A stretch of DNA of 64,000 nt from assembly GCA_015488755.1 (NCBI GenBank), contig WFNB01000025.1:745-64744 (forward strand), given 5' to 3'. The position numbers and the translations under genes were made by a program. This document shows positions 33,921 through 44,751 of this stretch, one piece after another; position 1 is the stretch's first letter; every line of letters starts with the position of its first letter. Source of the DNA: Gammaproteobacteria bacterium. Its GTDB lineage: Bacteria; Pseudomonadota; Gammaproteobacteria; GRL18. The notes under the pieces are model-generated. The model saw only the letters and a list, made by a program, of their open reading frames with translations. It searched no databases and was not told the DNA's origin.

Positions 33921-34802
33921 CTAAAAATACATTGAGCACAGCTTTTGCATCATACGTGTTGCCTGAGCAAGATAAGAACTACCAAATAAGTTCGCATGGT
34001 TTAATATATGATAAAGATTATAGAGTGTTTTTCTTTGTGCATAAGCGTCATCAAGAGGAAAAATAGACTGATAGTGTTGATAAAACTCGGTACTAAAACC
34101 ACCAAAAAGCTCAGTCATTGCTAAATCTGTTTCCCGATCACCATAGTAAAGTGCAGGGTCAAAAAATATCGGCTCACCGTGTTCACTAAAGGCATAATTA
34201 CCAGACCATAAATCACCATGTAATAAGGATGCTGAGGGCTGATGATCCTGTAGTAGCATATCCAGATGGTTTAATAATGGTTCCGAAAAAGGTTTTAAAA
34301 CACTGCCTAAGCCCTTATCATATAACCATTTTATCTGCGGTAATAAGCGTTCTTCACGCCAAAAACTTAGCCAACAGGTGTGTTGCTTATTACTTTGTGG
34401 GGTACTACCGATGACATTATTCTGATACCAACCATAGTGACTGTGGGCGATTTTGTGTTGTTGGGCCAGTGCTTCAGCCAGTTTTATTTGATCACCGCAA
34501 GAATGCATGTTCAGATACTCCAGCACCAGATAGCTATGAGAATGGTTGTTGCCAAAACAAATTGCTTTTGGGATGCGTGCGCATTGGGCGGTGTAGAGTT
34601 CATTTAAACTGTCGTATTCTACTTGAAACATGGTTTTTAGTGTGCGTTGGTTTACTTTGACAAAGTACCTTTGTCCTTCTGAACTGGTGATGCAAAAAGC
34701 CTGATTAATACAGCCACCCCCCATCGCCTGTGTTGACTGAATATGAAAGGGCTTATGCAAACTTTGGCTGATATGTTCAGCAATATGCGACCAATATGTC
34801 AT
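33921..34802 (-). CDS. Fructosamine/ketosamine kinase family protein
   Basis: GGGCINQAF, FVKVN, LLHGDLWSGN and DPALYYGDRETDLAM blocks. Start set to ATG 34802, which removes the overlap with priA. Confidence 0.8.
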   Translation of the reverse strand: MTYWSHIAEHISQSLHKPFHIQSTQAMGGGCINQAFCITSSEGQRYFVKVNQRTLKTMFQVEYDSLNELYTAQCARIPKAICFGNNHSHSYLVLEYLNMHSCGDQIKLAEALAQQHKIAHSHYGWYQNNVIGSTPQSNKQHTCWLSFWREERLLPQIKWLYDKGLGSVLKPFSEPLLNHLDMLLQDHQPSASLLHGDLWSGNYAFSEHGEPIFFDPALYYGDRETDLAMTELFGGFSTEFYQHYQSIFPLDDAYAQRKTLYNLYHILNHANLFGSSYLAQATRMMQKLCSMYF

Positions 34803-34896
34803 AAAATAGAATGCTCTCAATTTTTGCAATATGCAGGGCTTATCTGTTTTTTCTACTACAGATGTATTATGCAAGTTTCTAAAATCAGAATAAATA

Positions 34897-37197
34897 GTGA
34901 TAGCAGAGAATCGTGTGCCAAAAACTAATAAAGAAAATACAGTAGCAGTAAAGCCTAAACAAACCATTGTGCAAGTGGCTGTACCAACACCATTGCGCCG
35001 AAAATTTGATTATCTATTAGCCAGCGAAGATGATCATGAGCGTATACAAGTAGGAATTAGAGTCTTAGTTCCTTTTGGACGAACTACTAAAATTGCCATT
35101 GTTTTAGGTCTGAGTGAGCATAGTGATGTACCTGCTAATAAATTGCGACCTATTAGCAAGATCCTTGATAAGCAAGCTATTTTGCCGCTTGATATTATTA
35201 AATTGCTTAATTGGGTGGCTAGATATTATCAACATCCTATTGGTGAAGTGTTTCAAACGGCGATACCGGTTCATTATCGTAAAAAAGAAATCCCTTTTGC
35301 CACTGAGGAAATACGCTATATTCTCACACAACAGGCGCTTGATAATGATTGGACGACATTAAAGCGAGCAATACGTCAATTGAGTCTATTAAAACAATTG
35401 CAAACTGTACCAAAAGGCTTAACTAAAGAGCAACTGTCTCAAAAACAAGAAGGGCAATGGCAATCAGCTCTAAAAGCGTTAATTGATAAAAAATGGGTTA
35501 AAGAGCAGGTCAGTTTGAAAGCCAAGCCTGCCTACTCTTATCTGTATGGAGAAGAGATATGCAAACACTCAGCGTTAATACTTAATGAGGAGCAAGAGCG
35601 GGCGGTAAGTGCCCTATTGGAAAAAGCGGATGAGTATCATGCCAGCTTGCTTGATGGTATTACGGGTAGTGGTAAAACAGAAGTGTATCTTAGCTTTATT
35701 GAATATCAGCTGCAACAGTCTCGACAAGTATTGGTATTAGTACCAGAAATTGGCCTTACGCCTCAATTACTTGAGCGCTTTAACGATCGTTTTAATGTCA
35801 CTATACAAAGCTTACATTCGGGCTTAAATAATACTCAGCGTATGTTGGTCTGGCAACAGGTAAGTGAAGGAAAAGTGCGTATTCTTATTGGTACACGCTC
35901 TGCCGTATTTACTCCCATGCCAGATTTGGGGGCTATTCTTATTGATGAAGAACATGATTTATCTTTTAAACAGCAAGATGGTATTCGTTACTCAGCTAAA
36001 GATATTGCCTTAGTACGGGCAAATAACGCTGGCGTACCCATTATTTTAGGCAGTGCAACCCCGTCAATGGAATCGTTATTTTTATGTCAGCAAGGGAAAA
36101 TGTCACATTATAAACTACGTCAACGAGCCGGTAAGGCAAAGCCTCCCCAAGTACATCTTCTTGATGTTCGAGGGCAATATCTGCAACATGGCTTAAGTCA
36201 AACCTTAATTAATCTAATGAAACAGCATTTAGAAAAAAATAATCAAGTGCTACTGTTTCAAAATAGACGAGGCTATTCACCGGTTTTATTATGCAATAAA
36301 TGTGGCTGGATCAGTCATTGTCATCGTTGTGATGCGAAATTAACCTATCATCGTCAACACCATCGTCTGCGTTGTCACCATTGCCAAGTGGAACAGGAAT
36401 TACCAGCACATTGCCCAGAATGTGCCCATGTTGAGCTATCCTATTTAGGTATAGGTACGGAACGGGTAGAAAAAACAGTCCGTGAACTGTTTCCAGAAGT
36501 GGAAATTGTTCGTATTGATCGTGATACTACGCAACGTAAAGGTACTTTAGAATCAATGCTGGAGCGAGTTAAAGATGGACAACAGCAAATATTAATTGGT
36601 ACCCAAATGCTGGCTAAGGGACATCATTTTCCCAACGTGACATTAGTGGCCATTTTAGATATTGATCAAGGGCTCTATTCCATTGATTTTCGAGCACCAG
36701 AGCGATTAGCACAATTAATTACTCAAGTTTCTGGTCGAGCGGGTCGGGCAGAGAAAAAAGGGCAGGTGGTTTTGCAAACTTCACATCCAGAAGATGAAAC
36801 CCTCAATACCTTGTTAAATGAGGGCTATATGGGCTTTGCGCAAAAAGCACTCGCTGAGCGTAAAGAATTATTATTACCACCTTATGCTTATCAAGCATTG
36901 ATCCGTGCTGAGGCGAACAAAACAAGTGATTATCAAAAATTTCTTGATGCTTGTTTTCAAGTAATGAATCAGATTAAAAATACCTTATTACAGGGAAATG
37001 ATAGTCAGTTTTTAGGTCCTGTGCCAGCACCAATGGAAAAAAAAGCAGGTAAGTTCAGAGGCCAATTGCTTGTCCAATCGGTGCAGAGAAAAAATTTACA
37101 CAGAATTTTGCATGGCCTTATTCAAACAGTAGAAACAAATAAGATGGCTCAAAGAGTGCGCTGGTCTATTGATATTGACCCACAAGATTTGTATTAA
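34897..37197 (+). CDS. priA: Primosomal protein N-prime (replication restart helicase PriA)
   Basis: VAVPTPLRRKFDYL N-terminus, GITGSGKTEVY Walker A, DEEHD, and a Cys-rich zinc-binding insert. Start uncertain (GTG 34897 or GTG 34969). Confidence 0.93.
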   Translation: MIAENRVPKTNKENTVAVKPKQTIVQVAVPTPLRRKFDYLLASEDDHERIQVGIRVLVPFGRTTKIAIVLGLSEHSDVPANKLRPISKILDKQAILPLDIIKLLNWVARYYQHPIGEVFQTAIPVHYRKKEIPFATEEIRYILTQQALDNDWTTLKRAIRQLSLLKQLQTVPKGLTKEQLSQKQEGQWQSALKALIDKKWVKEQVSLKAKPAYSYLYGEEICKHSALILNEEQERAVSALLEKADEYHASLLDGITGSGKTEVYLSFIEYQLQQSRQVLVLVPEIGLTPQLLERFNDRFNVTIQSLHSGLNNTQRMLVWQQVSEGKVRILIGTRSAVFTPMPDLGAILIDEEHDLSFKQQDGIRYSAKDIALVRANNAGVPIILGSATPSMESLFLCQQGKMSHYKLRQRAGKAKPPQVHLLDVRGQYLQHGLSQTLINLMKQHLEKNNQVLLFQNRRGYSPVLLCNKCGWISHCHRCDAKLTYHRQHHRLRCHHCQVEQELPAHCPECAHVELSYLGIGTERVEKTVRELFPEVEIVRIDRDTTQRKGTLESMLERVKDGQQQILIGTQMLAKGHHFPNVTLVAILDIDQGLYSIDFRAPERLAQLITQVSGRAGRAEKKGQVVLQTSHPEDETLNTLLNEGYMGFAQKALAERKELLLPPYAYQALIRAEANKTSDYQKFLDACFQVMNQIKNTLLQGNDSQFLGPVPAPMEKKAGKFRGQLLVQSVQRKNLHRILHGLIQTVETNKMAQRVRWSIDIDPQDLY

Positions 37198-37227
37198 ATA
37201 AGCTGAGTTCCGGATGACAGCATAAGT

Positions 37228-37386
37228 AACGTATTGATTAGCCTGTATTTGTTACAGAAGTCACCGTAAATACCTCCCTGTAGGCTTCACTTTGGCATCC
37301 ATGCCAAAGAGACTTCTTCCACAAATACAGGCCAATCAATATGTTAAATTTATTTTCAAGATCATCTTATTCAGAATTCAGATTAA
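37228..37386 (+). repeat. Diverged member of the structured element family (copy C) with 3' tail
   Basis: About 25-bp inverted termini AACGTATTGATTAGCCTGTATTTGT / ACAAATACAGGCCAATCAATATGTT. Shares the core CCGTAAAT.C.TCCCTG.AGGCTT and the CATCCATG apical loop with copies A and B. The tail is shared with 23770-23843. Confidence 0.7.
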
Positions 37387-37485
37387 ATAAGCTCAAATGT
37401 ATTTAATTCATATTTTTGTTGATATTTTTTTATAAAATCACTAAAATCGCGGGTAATTTTCTATGCCTATCAGCACTTGATTAGA

Positions 37486-37532
37486 ATTTATTTGGCTAAG
37501 CATTTATTTGGCTAAGCATTTATCCAGCTAAG
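37486..37532. repeat. 16-bp tandem repeat (about 3 units) in the EF-G paralogue upstream region
   Basis: ATTTATTTGGCTAAGC twice, then ATTTATCCAGCTAAG. Confidence 0.85.
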
Positions 37533-37699
37533 TAATCGTGTGAGTAAAATAATATTCATGTCTGCTGAAGCAATTTTCCGTCTATTTTAAAGTATTGATA
37601 CATCAATAAAATTATTGGTGCAGATTCTTTTTTACTAACAGAAAGTGAAATCAACACCCTTTTTCTATTGACTAACCAGAGTTTAACCAGAGTAATATT

Positions 37700-39790
37700 A
37701 TGGCTGATTTAAGCAAATACCGTAACATAGGCATCTTCGCACACGTTGATGCTGGCAAGACCACGACCACTGAACGTATTTTAAATCTAACGGGTAAGAC
37801 CCATAAGATTGGTGAAGTACATGATGGTGAAGCAACCACTGACTTTATGGAACAAGAACAAGAACGTGGTATTACCATTCAATCGGCAGCAACTTCCTGT
37901 GAATGGAATGGCCACCGTATGAATATTATTGACACACCAGGACACGTTGATTTCACCATTGAAGTGTATCGTTCACTAAAAGTCCTCGATGGTGGTGTGG
38001 GTGTTTTCTGTGGTTCTGGTGGTGTGGAGCCTCAGTCAGAAACTAACTGGCGTTATGCGAATGAATCCGGTGTTGCTCGTGTTATTTTTGTTAACAAGCT
38101 GGATCGTCTTGGTGCAGATTTCTATCGAGTCGTTGATCAGGTTGAAAATGTACTACAAGCCACTCCTTTAGTCATGGTTCTACCAATTGGTGAAGAAGAT
38201 GACTTTGCTGGTTGTGTTGACTTGTTAACTCAGAAAGCATGGGTTTGGGATGGTTCAGGCGATCCTAGTAAGTATGAAATACAAGATATTCCTGCTGATA
38301 TGGTTGATAAGGCAGCAGAATATCGTGAACAGTTAATTGAAACGGCACTTGAGCAAGACGATGCACTGATGGAAGCCTATCTTGAAGGTGAAGAGCCTTC
38401 TATCGATGATATTAAGCGTTGTATTCGTAAAGGGACAATTGCTCTTGATTTCTTCCCAACTTACTGTGGCTCTGCCTTTAAAAACAAAGGCATTCAATTA
38501 ATATTGGATGCGGTGGTGGATTACCTACCTAACCCAATGGAAGTCGCTCCTCAACCAGAAGTTGATTTGGATGGTAATGAGACCGGTGAGCTTGCCATTG
38601 TTGATCCTGAAAAACCAGTACGTGCTTTAGCATTCAAAATTATGGATGATCGTTTTGGTGCATTAACCTTTATTCGTATTTACTCAGGTACGGTGCAAAA
38701 AGGTATGACCTTATTAAATACCTTTACAGGAAAAACAGAACGTATTGGCCGTATTGTAGAAATGCATGCCGACTCTCGTGAAGAGCTGGACTCTTGTCAA
38801 GCAGGCGATATTGTTGCTTTTGTTGGTTTGAAGAATACTCAAACAGGTCATACGTTATGTGATCCTAAGCAACCTGCGACATTAGAACCAATGGTGTTCC
38901 CTGATCCCGTTATTTCGATTGCTATTTCACCCAATGATAAGGGTGGTTCTGAGAAAATGGGTATTGCGCTGAACAAAATGGTGAAAGAAGATCCTTCTTT
39001 CCACGTTGAAACAGACGAAGAAAGCGGTGAAACCATTCTTAAGGGAATGGGTGAATTACACTTAGATATCAAAATTGATATCCTTAAGCGTACTCATGGT
39101 GTTGATGTCACAGTGGGTAAACCTCAGGTTGCCTATCGTGAGTCAATCACTCAAGCTGTTGAAGACAGTTATACACATAAGAAACAATCGGGTGGTTCTG
39201 GTCAATATGGTCGTATTGACTATACCATCACTCCAGGTGAGCCAAACAGTGGTTATACGTTTGAATCTAAGGTGACTGGTGGTAATGTCCCAAGTGAATA
39301 TTGGGGTGCGATTGATAAAGCGTTTGAGCGTATGATGAATGAAGGTGTTCTGGCTGGTTTCCCTGTGGTTGATGTACACGTTGAATTGCAAGATGGTGCC
39401 TATCATGCCGTGGATTCATCCGCTATGGCGTTTGAATTGGCCGCCTATGGTGCTTATCGTCAAACAATGAAGAAAGCCGGCCCACAATTACTTGAGCCTA
39501 TTATGAAAGTCGATGTGTTTACTCCAGAAGCGCACGTTGGTGATTGTATTGGTGACTTGAATCGTCGTCGTGGCATGATTAAAGATCAAGAGTCAAATCC
39601 AATGGGGACTCGCATCAAGGCCGATGCACCCTTAAGTGAAATGTTTGGTTATATTGGTGATTTGCGTACCATGACTTCTGGTCGTGGTCAGTTCTCAATG
39701 GAATTTTCACATTATAGTGCTTGCCCTAAGAACGTTGCTGAGGAAGTCATTAAAGAGACCTTAGAGCGTAAAGAAAAAGCGAAAAAATAA
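37700..39790 (+). CDS. fusA: Elongation factor G paralogue (EF-G2 type), stand-alone
   Basis: [20 protein letters not shown] and NKLD GTPase motifs, full five-domain length. Not flanked by rpsL/rpsG/tuf. Confidence 0.95.
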   Translation: MADLSKYRNIGIFAHVDAGKTTTTERILNLTGKTHKIGEVHDGEATTDFMEQEQERGITIQSAATSCEWNGHRMNIIDTPGHVDFTIEVYRSLKVLDGGVGVFCGSGGVEPQSETNWRYANESGVARVIFVNKLDRLGADFYRVVDQVENVLQATPLVMVLPIGEEDDFAGCVDLLTQKAWVWDGSGDPSKYEIQDIPADMVDKAAEYREQLIETALEQDDALMEAYLEGEEPSIDDIKRCIRKGTIALDFFPTYCGSAFKNKGIQLILDAVVDYLPNPMEVAPQPEVDLDGNETGELAIVDPEKPVRALAFKIMDDRFGALTFIRIYSGTVQKGMTLLNTFTGKTERIGRIVEMHADSREELDSCQAGDIVAFVGLKNTQTGHTLCDPKQPATLEPMVFPDPVISIAISPNDKGGSEKMGIALNKMVKEDPSFHVETDEESGETILKGMGELHLDIKIDILKRTHGVDVTVGKPQVAYRESITQAVEDSYTHKKQSGGSGQYGRIDYTITPGEPNSGYTFESKVTGGNVPSEYWGAIDKAFERMMNEGVLAGFPVVDVHVELQDGAYHAVDSSAMAFELAAYGAYRQTMKKAGPQLLEPIMKVDVFTPEAHVGDCIGDLNRRRGMIKDQESNPMGTRIKADAPLSEMFGYIGDLRTMTSGRGQFSMEFSHYSACPKNVAEEVIKETLERKEKAKK

Positions 39791-39823
39791 GCATTATTAA
39801 CAATGTGTTTCTTTTTCTAAAAA

Positions 39824-39850
39824 GGCCGGTCATTGACTGGCCTTTTTTTA
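39824..39850 (+). terminator. Rho-independent terminator after the EF-G paralogue
   Basis: GGCCGGTC-ATT-GACTGGCC stem (one G-U pair) followed by TTTTTTTA. Confidence 0.8.
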
Positions 39851-39880
39851 TTTAAGATTAAGTATCTAGGAAATTAACCA

Positions 39881-40135
39881 ATGCAATGTCGCAAAGGTTG
39901 TGGTGCTTGCTGTATTGCACCCTCTATATCGACACCCATTCCAGGAATGCCCAAGGGCAAGCCGGCAGGTGTACGCTGCATACAATTAGATAGTAACAAT
40001 ACCTGCAAAATTTTTGCTCAGAAGAGTCGTCCACCTGTGTGTTTGCTCTTTAGTGCCAGTGAAGAATTTTGTGGTACCTCTAATGATTTTGCACTGCAAC
40101 AGCTGAGTATCTTAGAAAAAGAAACTTGTTCATAA
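39881..40135 (+). CDS. YkgJ-family (CxxCxxCC) cysteine-cluster protein
   Basis: N-terminal CRKGCGACC motif plus downstream conserved Cys residues. Small size. Confidence 0.7.
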   Translation: MQCRKGCGACCIAPSISTPIPGMPKGKPAGVRCIQLDSNNTCKIFAQKSRPPVCLLFSASEEFCGTSNDFALQQLSILEKETCS

Positions 40136-40194
40136 TTCAATACATTTGAGTATATAATATTCAATTGTATCTTAACTCAAAGGTTGTTACATAA

Positions 40195-41475
40195 GTGAAT
40201 CAACAAGCCATACAAAGTACGGATATCCCAAAAGATGATCAGCAAATTCTTAAGGATGAGCCTAAGGAAGAACCTGTGTTTCATTATCAGCTTGCTGGTA
40301 AATCAATTACAGTCTTGGGCACGGCTCATGTGTCAAAAAGCAGTGCCGATAAAGTACAGGAGTTATTAGCAACAGGGCAGTATGATTGCGTGGCTATAGA
40401 ACTCTGTTCTAGTCGTTATAAGAGCATGATCGATCCAGATAGTCTGGCCAAAATGGATTTATTTCAGGTATTTAAAGAAGGTAAGGCCTCTATGGTGATT
40501 GCCTCTCTTGCTTTGGGAGCCTATCAGCAAAAAATGGCTGATGAATTTGGCATTGAGCCAGGTGCTGAAATGCGCATGGCGATAGAACAAGCTGAAAAAA
40601 TGGATGCTGATATCCATCTTATTGATCGTGAGGTGGGTACCACTCTAAAACGAGTCTATAATAATGTCCCATGGTGGAAGAGAGTGGGGATTGTCGGTGG
40701 TTTATTAGGCAGTGTGGTGACTAATGAGAAAGTGTCAGAAGATGAGATTGAACGCCTTAAAGAAGGTGATATTTTAGAAACCACATTTGCTCAATTTGCT
40801 GAACAAGAGCAGGCACTATTTGCCCCGCTGATTGATGAACGAGATCAGTATATGGCAGCTCGTCTAGAGCAAATAGTTTCTCGTTCAGAAAATAAGTCTA
40901 TTTTAGCAGTTGTTGGAGCTGGTCACCTTAAGGGAATAGAATCTTACCTAGCTAAAGATGGGCAAATAACTTCACCAGAAGAACTACATAGCCATGCTCA
41001 AGAAACAATTGATAGACTGGATGCCTTACCAGAGAAAAGTCGTTGGCCAAAAATTATTCCTTGGTTAATTGTGGCAATCTTATTAGCAGGTTTTGCCACG
41101 GGCTTTAGTAAAAGCACGGACTTAGGCATGCAACTTATTATCTATTGGGTTGTGATTAATGGTTCCTTGTCGGCTCTTGGTGCAGCCATTGCCAAAGGTC
41201 ATCCATTAACCATTATCGGAGCGTTTATTGCCGCACCATTAACATCTCTTAACCCAACAATCGGGGCAGGTATGGTAACGGCTGCCATTGAATTGTATTT
41301 TAGAAAACCCAATGTTGGTGACTTTAGTGAGTTAAGAAAAGATACCACTCATATTTCAGGTTGGTGGCAGAACAAGGTGGCACGAACCTTATTAGTATTT
41401 TTCTTTTCGACGATAGGCTCAGCAATTGGTACTTATGTGGCGGGCTTTAAAATCTTTGAAAGTCTGGTTAATTAG
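40195..41475 (+). CDS. TraB/GumN family protein with C-terminal membrane domain
   Basis: ITVLGTAHVSKSS N-terminal block, VVGAGHLKG block, and about 4 C-terminal TM helices. GTG start. Confidence 0.75.
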   Translation: MNQQAIQSTDIPKDDQQILKDEPKEEPVFHYQLAGKSITVLGTAHVSKSSADKVQELLATGQYDCVAIELCSSRYKSMIDPDSLAKMDLFQVFKEGKASMVIASLALGAYQQKMADEFGIEPGAEMRMAIEQAEKMDADIHLIDREVGTTLKRVYNNVPWWKRVGIVGGLLGSVVTNEKVSEDEIERLKEGDILETTFAQFAEQEQALFAPLIDERDQYMAARLEQIVSRSENKSILAVVGAGHLKGIESYLAKDGQITSPEELHSHAQETIDRLDALPEKSRWPKIIPWLIVAILLAGFATGFSKSTDLGMQLIIYWVVINGSLSALGAAIAKGHPLTIIGAFIAAPLTSLNPTIGAGMVTAAIELYFRKPNVGDFSELRKDTTHISGWWQNKVARTLLVFFFSTIGSAIGTYVAGFKIFESLVN

Positions 41476-41499
41476 TGCTGTTATTGTATCCTCTAGCTA

Positions 41500-41530
41500 C
41501 TTGGAAATATACTCTGAAACTATTTCCAAG
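41500..41530. terminator. Hairpin between convergent genes (possible bidirectional terminator)
   Basis: CTTGGAAATA-N11-TATTTCCAAG perfect 10-bp stem. Confidence 0.5.
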
Positions 41531-41549
41531 CGACAGGATGGTATGTTTT

Positions 41550-42359
41550 TTACTGCTTTTCTTTTTCTTTTAATTTAACATAGAGTTTGGTGCTTCTTTT
41601 TGCTTTACGTAAAATTTGTGATGTTAAACGAGAAATCGAAAAAGAATAATCTCTTTCTTTTTTGTTTTTATAGACAAGAATAATCAGCTGTTTGTAGTCC
41701 TTTTCAACCGATTCGAGTTTCTTTTTAATGGCATCGGTATTATTAGGATTATTTTTAAGTTTCATGAGGTTGTGAGCAAACAAGTTTAAGCTATCGGTAA
41801 ATTGTTTACTATAATCCTTGTCAATCCCCCAGTTTTCAATCAGCATAAACAGGGCAATTCTTTGACTGAGCATACGTTGTTGACCAGCAATATTAACGAC
41901 ATCTTTTTTGCTATCATGACCCTTGAGTAGTTGAGCAATAATATTATTCGACATTTCTAATAATTGTTCATTTAAAATAATGAGTATAGGCATCTGTTGC
42001 TTGTCCGGTGTCTTTAATATAATGCCTTTAAATTTGCTCCAAGTGGTCTGTAGTTTGGTCACTAACGGTGTGATTTTAGGGTTGGCTTCAAGTTTTTTTA
42101 AGTTGCTTTCAAAGTGTTTAATGGCTCGTACCTTTAAATCAACAGGGTTACCAAAACTTTGAATTTGTCCTATTTGACTATAAGCAACCAGAGCTTGATG
42201 GGCAAACATACGTTGCTGGCCAGCAATATTGACATACTGAGCTGTGCTGATTTTGCTAGTTATTTTTTTGCTCGCTTCATTTTCTGCAAAGGCAAAACTG
42301 CTATTAGCCAATAGAAAAACAAGCAGAACTAAGCTGGTTTTTTTGATGAAAGTGATCAT
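41550..42359 (-). CDS. Periplasmic protein with two PilJ / NarX-P-box-like sensor repeats
   Basis: Signal peptide. VNIAGQQRMFAHQALVAY and VNIAGQQRMLSQRIALFM blocks each match the PilJ-type N-terminal sensor domain motif. Confidence 0.7.
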   Translation of the reverse strand: MITFIKKTSLVLLVFLLANSSFAFAENEASKKITSKISTAQYVNIAGQQRMFAHQALVAYSQIGQIQSFGNPVDLKVRAIKHFESNLKKLEANPKITPLVTKLQTTWSKFKGIILKTPDKQQMPILIILNEQLLEMSNNIIAQLLKGHDSKKDVVNIAGQQRMLSQRIALFMLIENWGIDKDYSKQFTDSLNLFAHNLMKLKNNPNNTDAIKKKLESVEKDYKQLIILVYKNKKERDYSFSISRLTSQILRKAKRSTKLYVKLKEKEKQ

Positions 42360-42648
42360 AATAATTCTCGTTGTTATGGTATTTTTAACCTGCTTTAATC
42401 CGTTAAATGAAGGTTATGCTATCGCTATGGTTATTGCTGAATTATATAGATATATTCCTTATATTATGTAGACATATTTCTCAGTATCTCCTATTGTAGG
42501 AGTTTTTAAAAAAAAATCTTCTAAATTTAAAAAAATTGTTCTATTCTTTTTAGGTTTGTAGGAGAATGCTTACAAATTAAAGCTTTTCTCTAATCGGTCG
42601 ATTAATGGTATTAGATTAGAAACAAGACAATAAAATAGGAATAATAGG

Positions 42649-44715
42649 ATGCAGTGGATAAAAAATATCTCAATCAAAACCAGTTTATTAGTTAGTATGC
42701 TGTTACTCGGCAGTGTTTTGATTGCCAATATACTTTTTTCAATATTTTTTATGTATCAGCCTCAGGTAATGCATGGTGATAAGATATATAAAGCGAATCA
42801 ATTAGCCGATTATGTCATCTTAGCAACGGCTGAAGGAGCCAAAGAACGTGGTTTTACTGCCGGTTATCTATCTAATAGAGCAAAAGGTAATGCTTCAGAT
42901 GCGACCTTAAAATCAAAAATCAATCACTTTCGTCAAGAAGGGAATAGACTACTTGATCAGGTGTTTAAATTAGCTAATGAACTAATAGCAGAAAATGCTC
43001 GAGATGCCGAATTTAAAGATATTGTTAAACAAACAGAAAATCAATATCAGAAAATACAGTCTATCAGACAATCTATTGATAGTAATAATAGTATCAGTGA
43101 CTCAGAATGGGTCACTCAGATGACAAAATTGATTAATAATCTGACGGTACTAAGACAAATGGCATTTAACCCGACCAATGATATTGAAGGGGCTGTTTAT
43201 AATAACCTTATGGTTAAGCAGGCGGTTTGGAGTGTTAGTGAATATGCTGGTCGAGAGCGTGCGATTATTGCTACTTTTATTTCTTCAGGGCAAGCTATCC
43301 CTCAAGCCAAACTCAGGATGTTGGATAATTATAGAGGCGTGGTTGATTTTAATCTGGCTTATTTGAAAAATACCTCTTTACCTTTGTTAACTAATAAAAA
43401 ACATGAACAATATGCCTCTGCAGTGAATAATGACTGGCGGGAAATCCAAAGTAACTTTCTTGGTAGTTACCAAGCACTTAGAGAACAGGTTTATCAGGCT
43501 GCTGCAACAGGGAAATACCCAGTTTCTGCAACTGAATGGTTAGCACAGGCAACCAGTGCTATTAATGGCATTTCTAACTTTAATCATCAGGTCTCACTGG
43601 ATGCTGCTCGCCATAGTCAACAATATGTTGCTGCTGCACAGGCTAACTATTGGAAAGCATCCTTACTAGGTGTTATCGCTGTATTGGTTATTATTGCTGG
43701 TTTACTGGTGGTAAAATACATACTAAGGCGTATCTCAATGTTACAGAATACCTTTGTTAAGGTGGCTGATAATAAGGATATCACCTTACGTGTGGAAGAT
43801 TCTGGGGAAAATGAACTTGCAGTATTAGGCAGTGCTTTTAATTTGTTAATTCAAAACCTTGAAGATATGATAGCTAAAATTAATCAGGCGTCGGATAAAA
43901 TAGGTATTGATGTTGATACGGCTGTTAGCTCTTGTCATGCCAATAGCCGAGGTATTAGCCAACAGGAAGTCGATATTGAACAATTAGCCTCAGCAATGAC
44001 GCAAATGGTTGCTTCTATACAAAGTATTGGTGATAGCTCTCAGATCAATGCCGAGAGTTCACTAAAAATGAATGATGAAATTAAGCAAAGTGGTCAGGTT
44101 ATGCGTAATACGGCCACGTCAATTCATGGCTTGGGTACCATGATTGAACAATCTTCGGATGTGATCAGTCAACTGGCAACTGATAGCCTGAATATTGGTC
44201 AAGTATTAGAAGTGATTAAAGGTATTGCGGAGCAAACCAATTTATTAGCATTAAATGCAGCGATTGAGGCTGCCAGAGCAGGTGAACAAGGTCGAGGCTT
44301 TGCCGTGGTTGCTGATGAAGTAAGAACCCTTGCGGGTCGTACCCATGAATCGACAGAAGAAATTCAGCAAATGATTGAACGTTTGCAAGCGCAAAGTAAA
44401 AAAGCAACCGAAGCAATGCAATCAAGTCTTGAACAATCTCAATCTGCTATTGAACAAGTGACAGCTGCTGATGAAACATTAAACCATGTGATTACTTCTA
44501 TGGGCGAAGTGATGGATATGAACTCCCAAATTGCTGTGGCCACAGAGCAACAGAGCAGTGTTGCAGAAGAAATTAACCAAAATGTCAGTTCACTGCAAAG
44601 CGTCGCTGAAAAAAATCATCAGCTCGCTCAAGGATCGGTTGATAATATGGGACATATTTCTAATGAAATAAAAACATTATTGGATATTGTTAGACAATAT
44701 CGTACTAATGGTTAG
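42649..44715 (+). CDS. Methyl-accepting chemotaxis protein with NIT (nitrate/nitrite-sensing) periplasmic domain
   Basis: TM1, [13 protein letters not shown]-type block, TM2, HAMP, and a highly conserved MCP signalling hairpin ([35 protein letters not shown]). Confidence 0.9.
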   Translation: MQWIKNISIKTSLLVSMLLLGSVLIANILFSIFFMYQPQVMHGDKIYKANQLADYVILATAEGAKERGFTAGYLSNRAKGNASDATLKSKINHFRQEGNRLLDQVFKLANELIAENARDAEFKDIVKQTENQYQKIQSIRQSIDSNNSISDSEWVTQMTKLINNLTVLRQMAFNPTNDIEGAVYNNLMVKQAVWSVSEYAGRERAIIATFISSGQAIPQAKLRMLDNYRGVVDFNLAYLKNTSLPLLTNKKHEQYASAVNNDWREIQSNFLGSYQALREQVYQAAATGKYPVSATEWLAQATSAINGISNFNHQVSLDAARHSQQYVAAAQANYWKASLLGVIAVLVIIAGLLVVKYILRRISMLQNTFVKVADNKDITLRVEDSGENELAVLGSAFNLLIQNLEDMIAKINQASDKIGIDVDTAVSSCHANSRGISQQEVDIEQLASAMTQMVASIQSIGDSSQINAESSLKMNDEIKQSGQVMRNTATSIHGLGTMIEQSSDVISQLATDSLNIGQVLEVIKGIAEQTNLLALNAAIEAARAGEQGRGFAVVADEVRTLAGRTHESTEEIQQMIERLQAQSKKATEAMQSSLEQSQSAIEQVTAADETLNHVITSMGEVMDMNSQIAVATEQQSSVAEEINQNVSSLQSVAEKNHQLAQGSVDNMGHISNEIKTLLDIVRQYRTNG

Positions 44716-44751
44716 TGTGTGGCATTAGTTTTTTGGGTAAATGTTTTGCGC

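Noticed and set aside
37700-39790. EF-G gene outside the str operon considered as a pseudogene or misassembly
   Set aside because: The reading frame is intact over the full length, with all GTPase motifs and its own strong terminator. It fits the known second-EF-G paralogue class.
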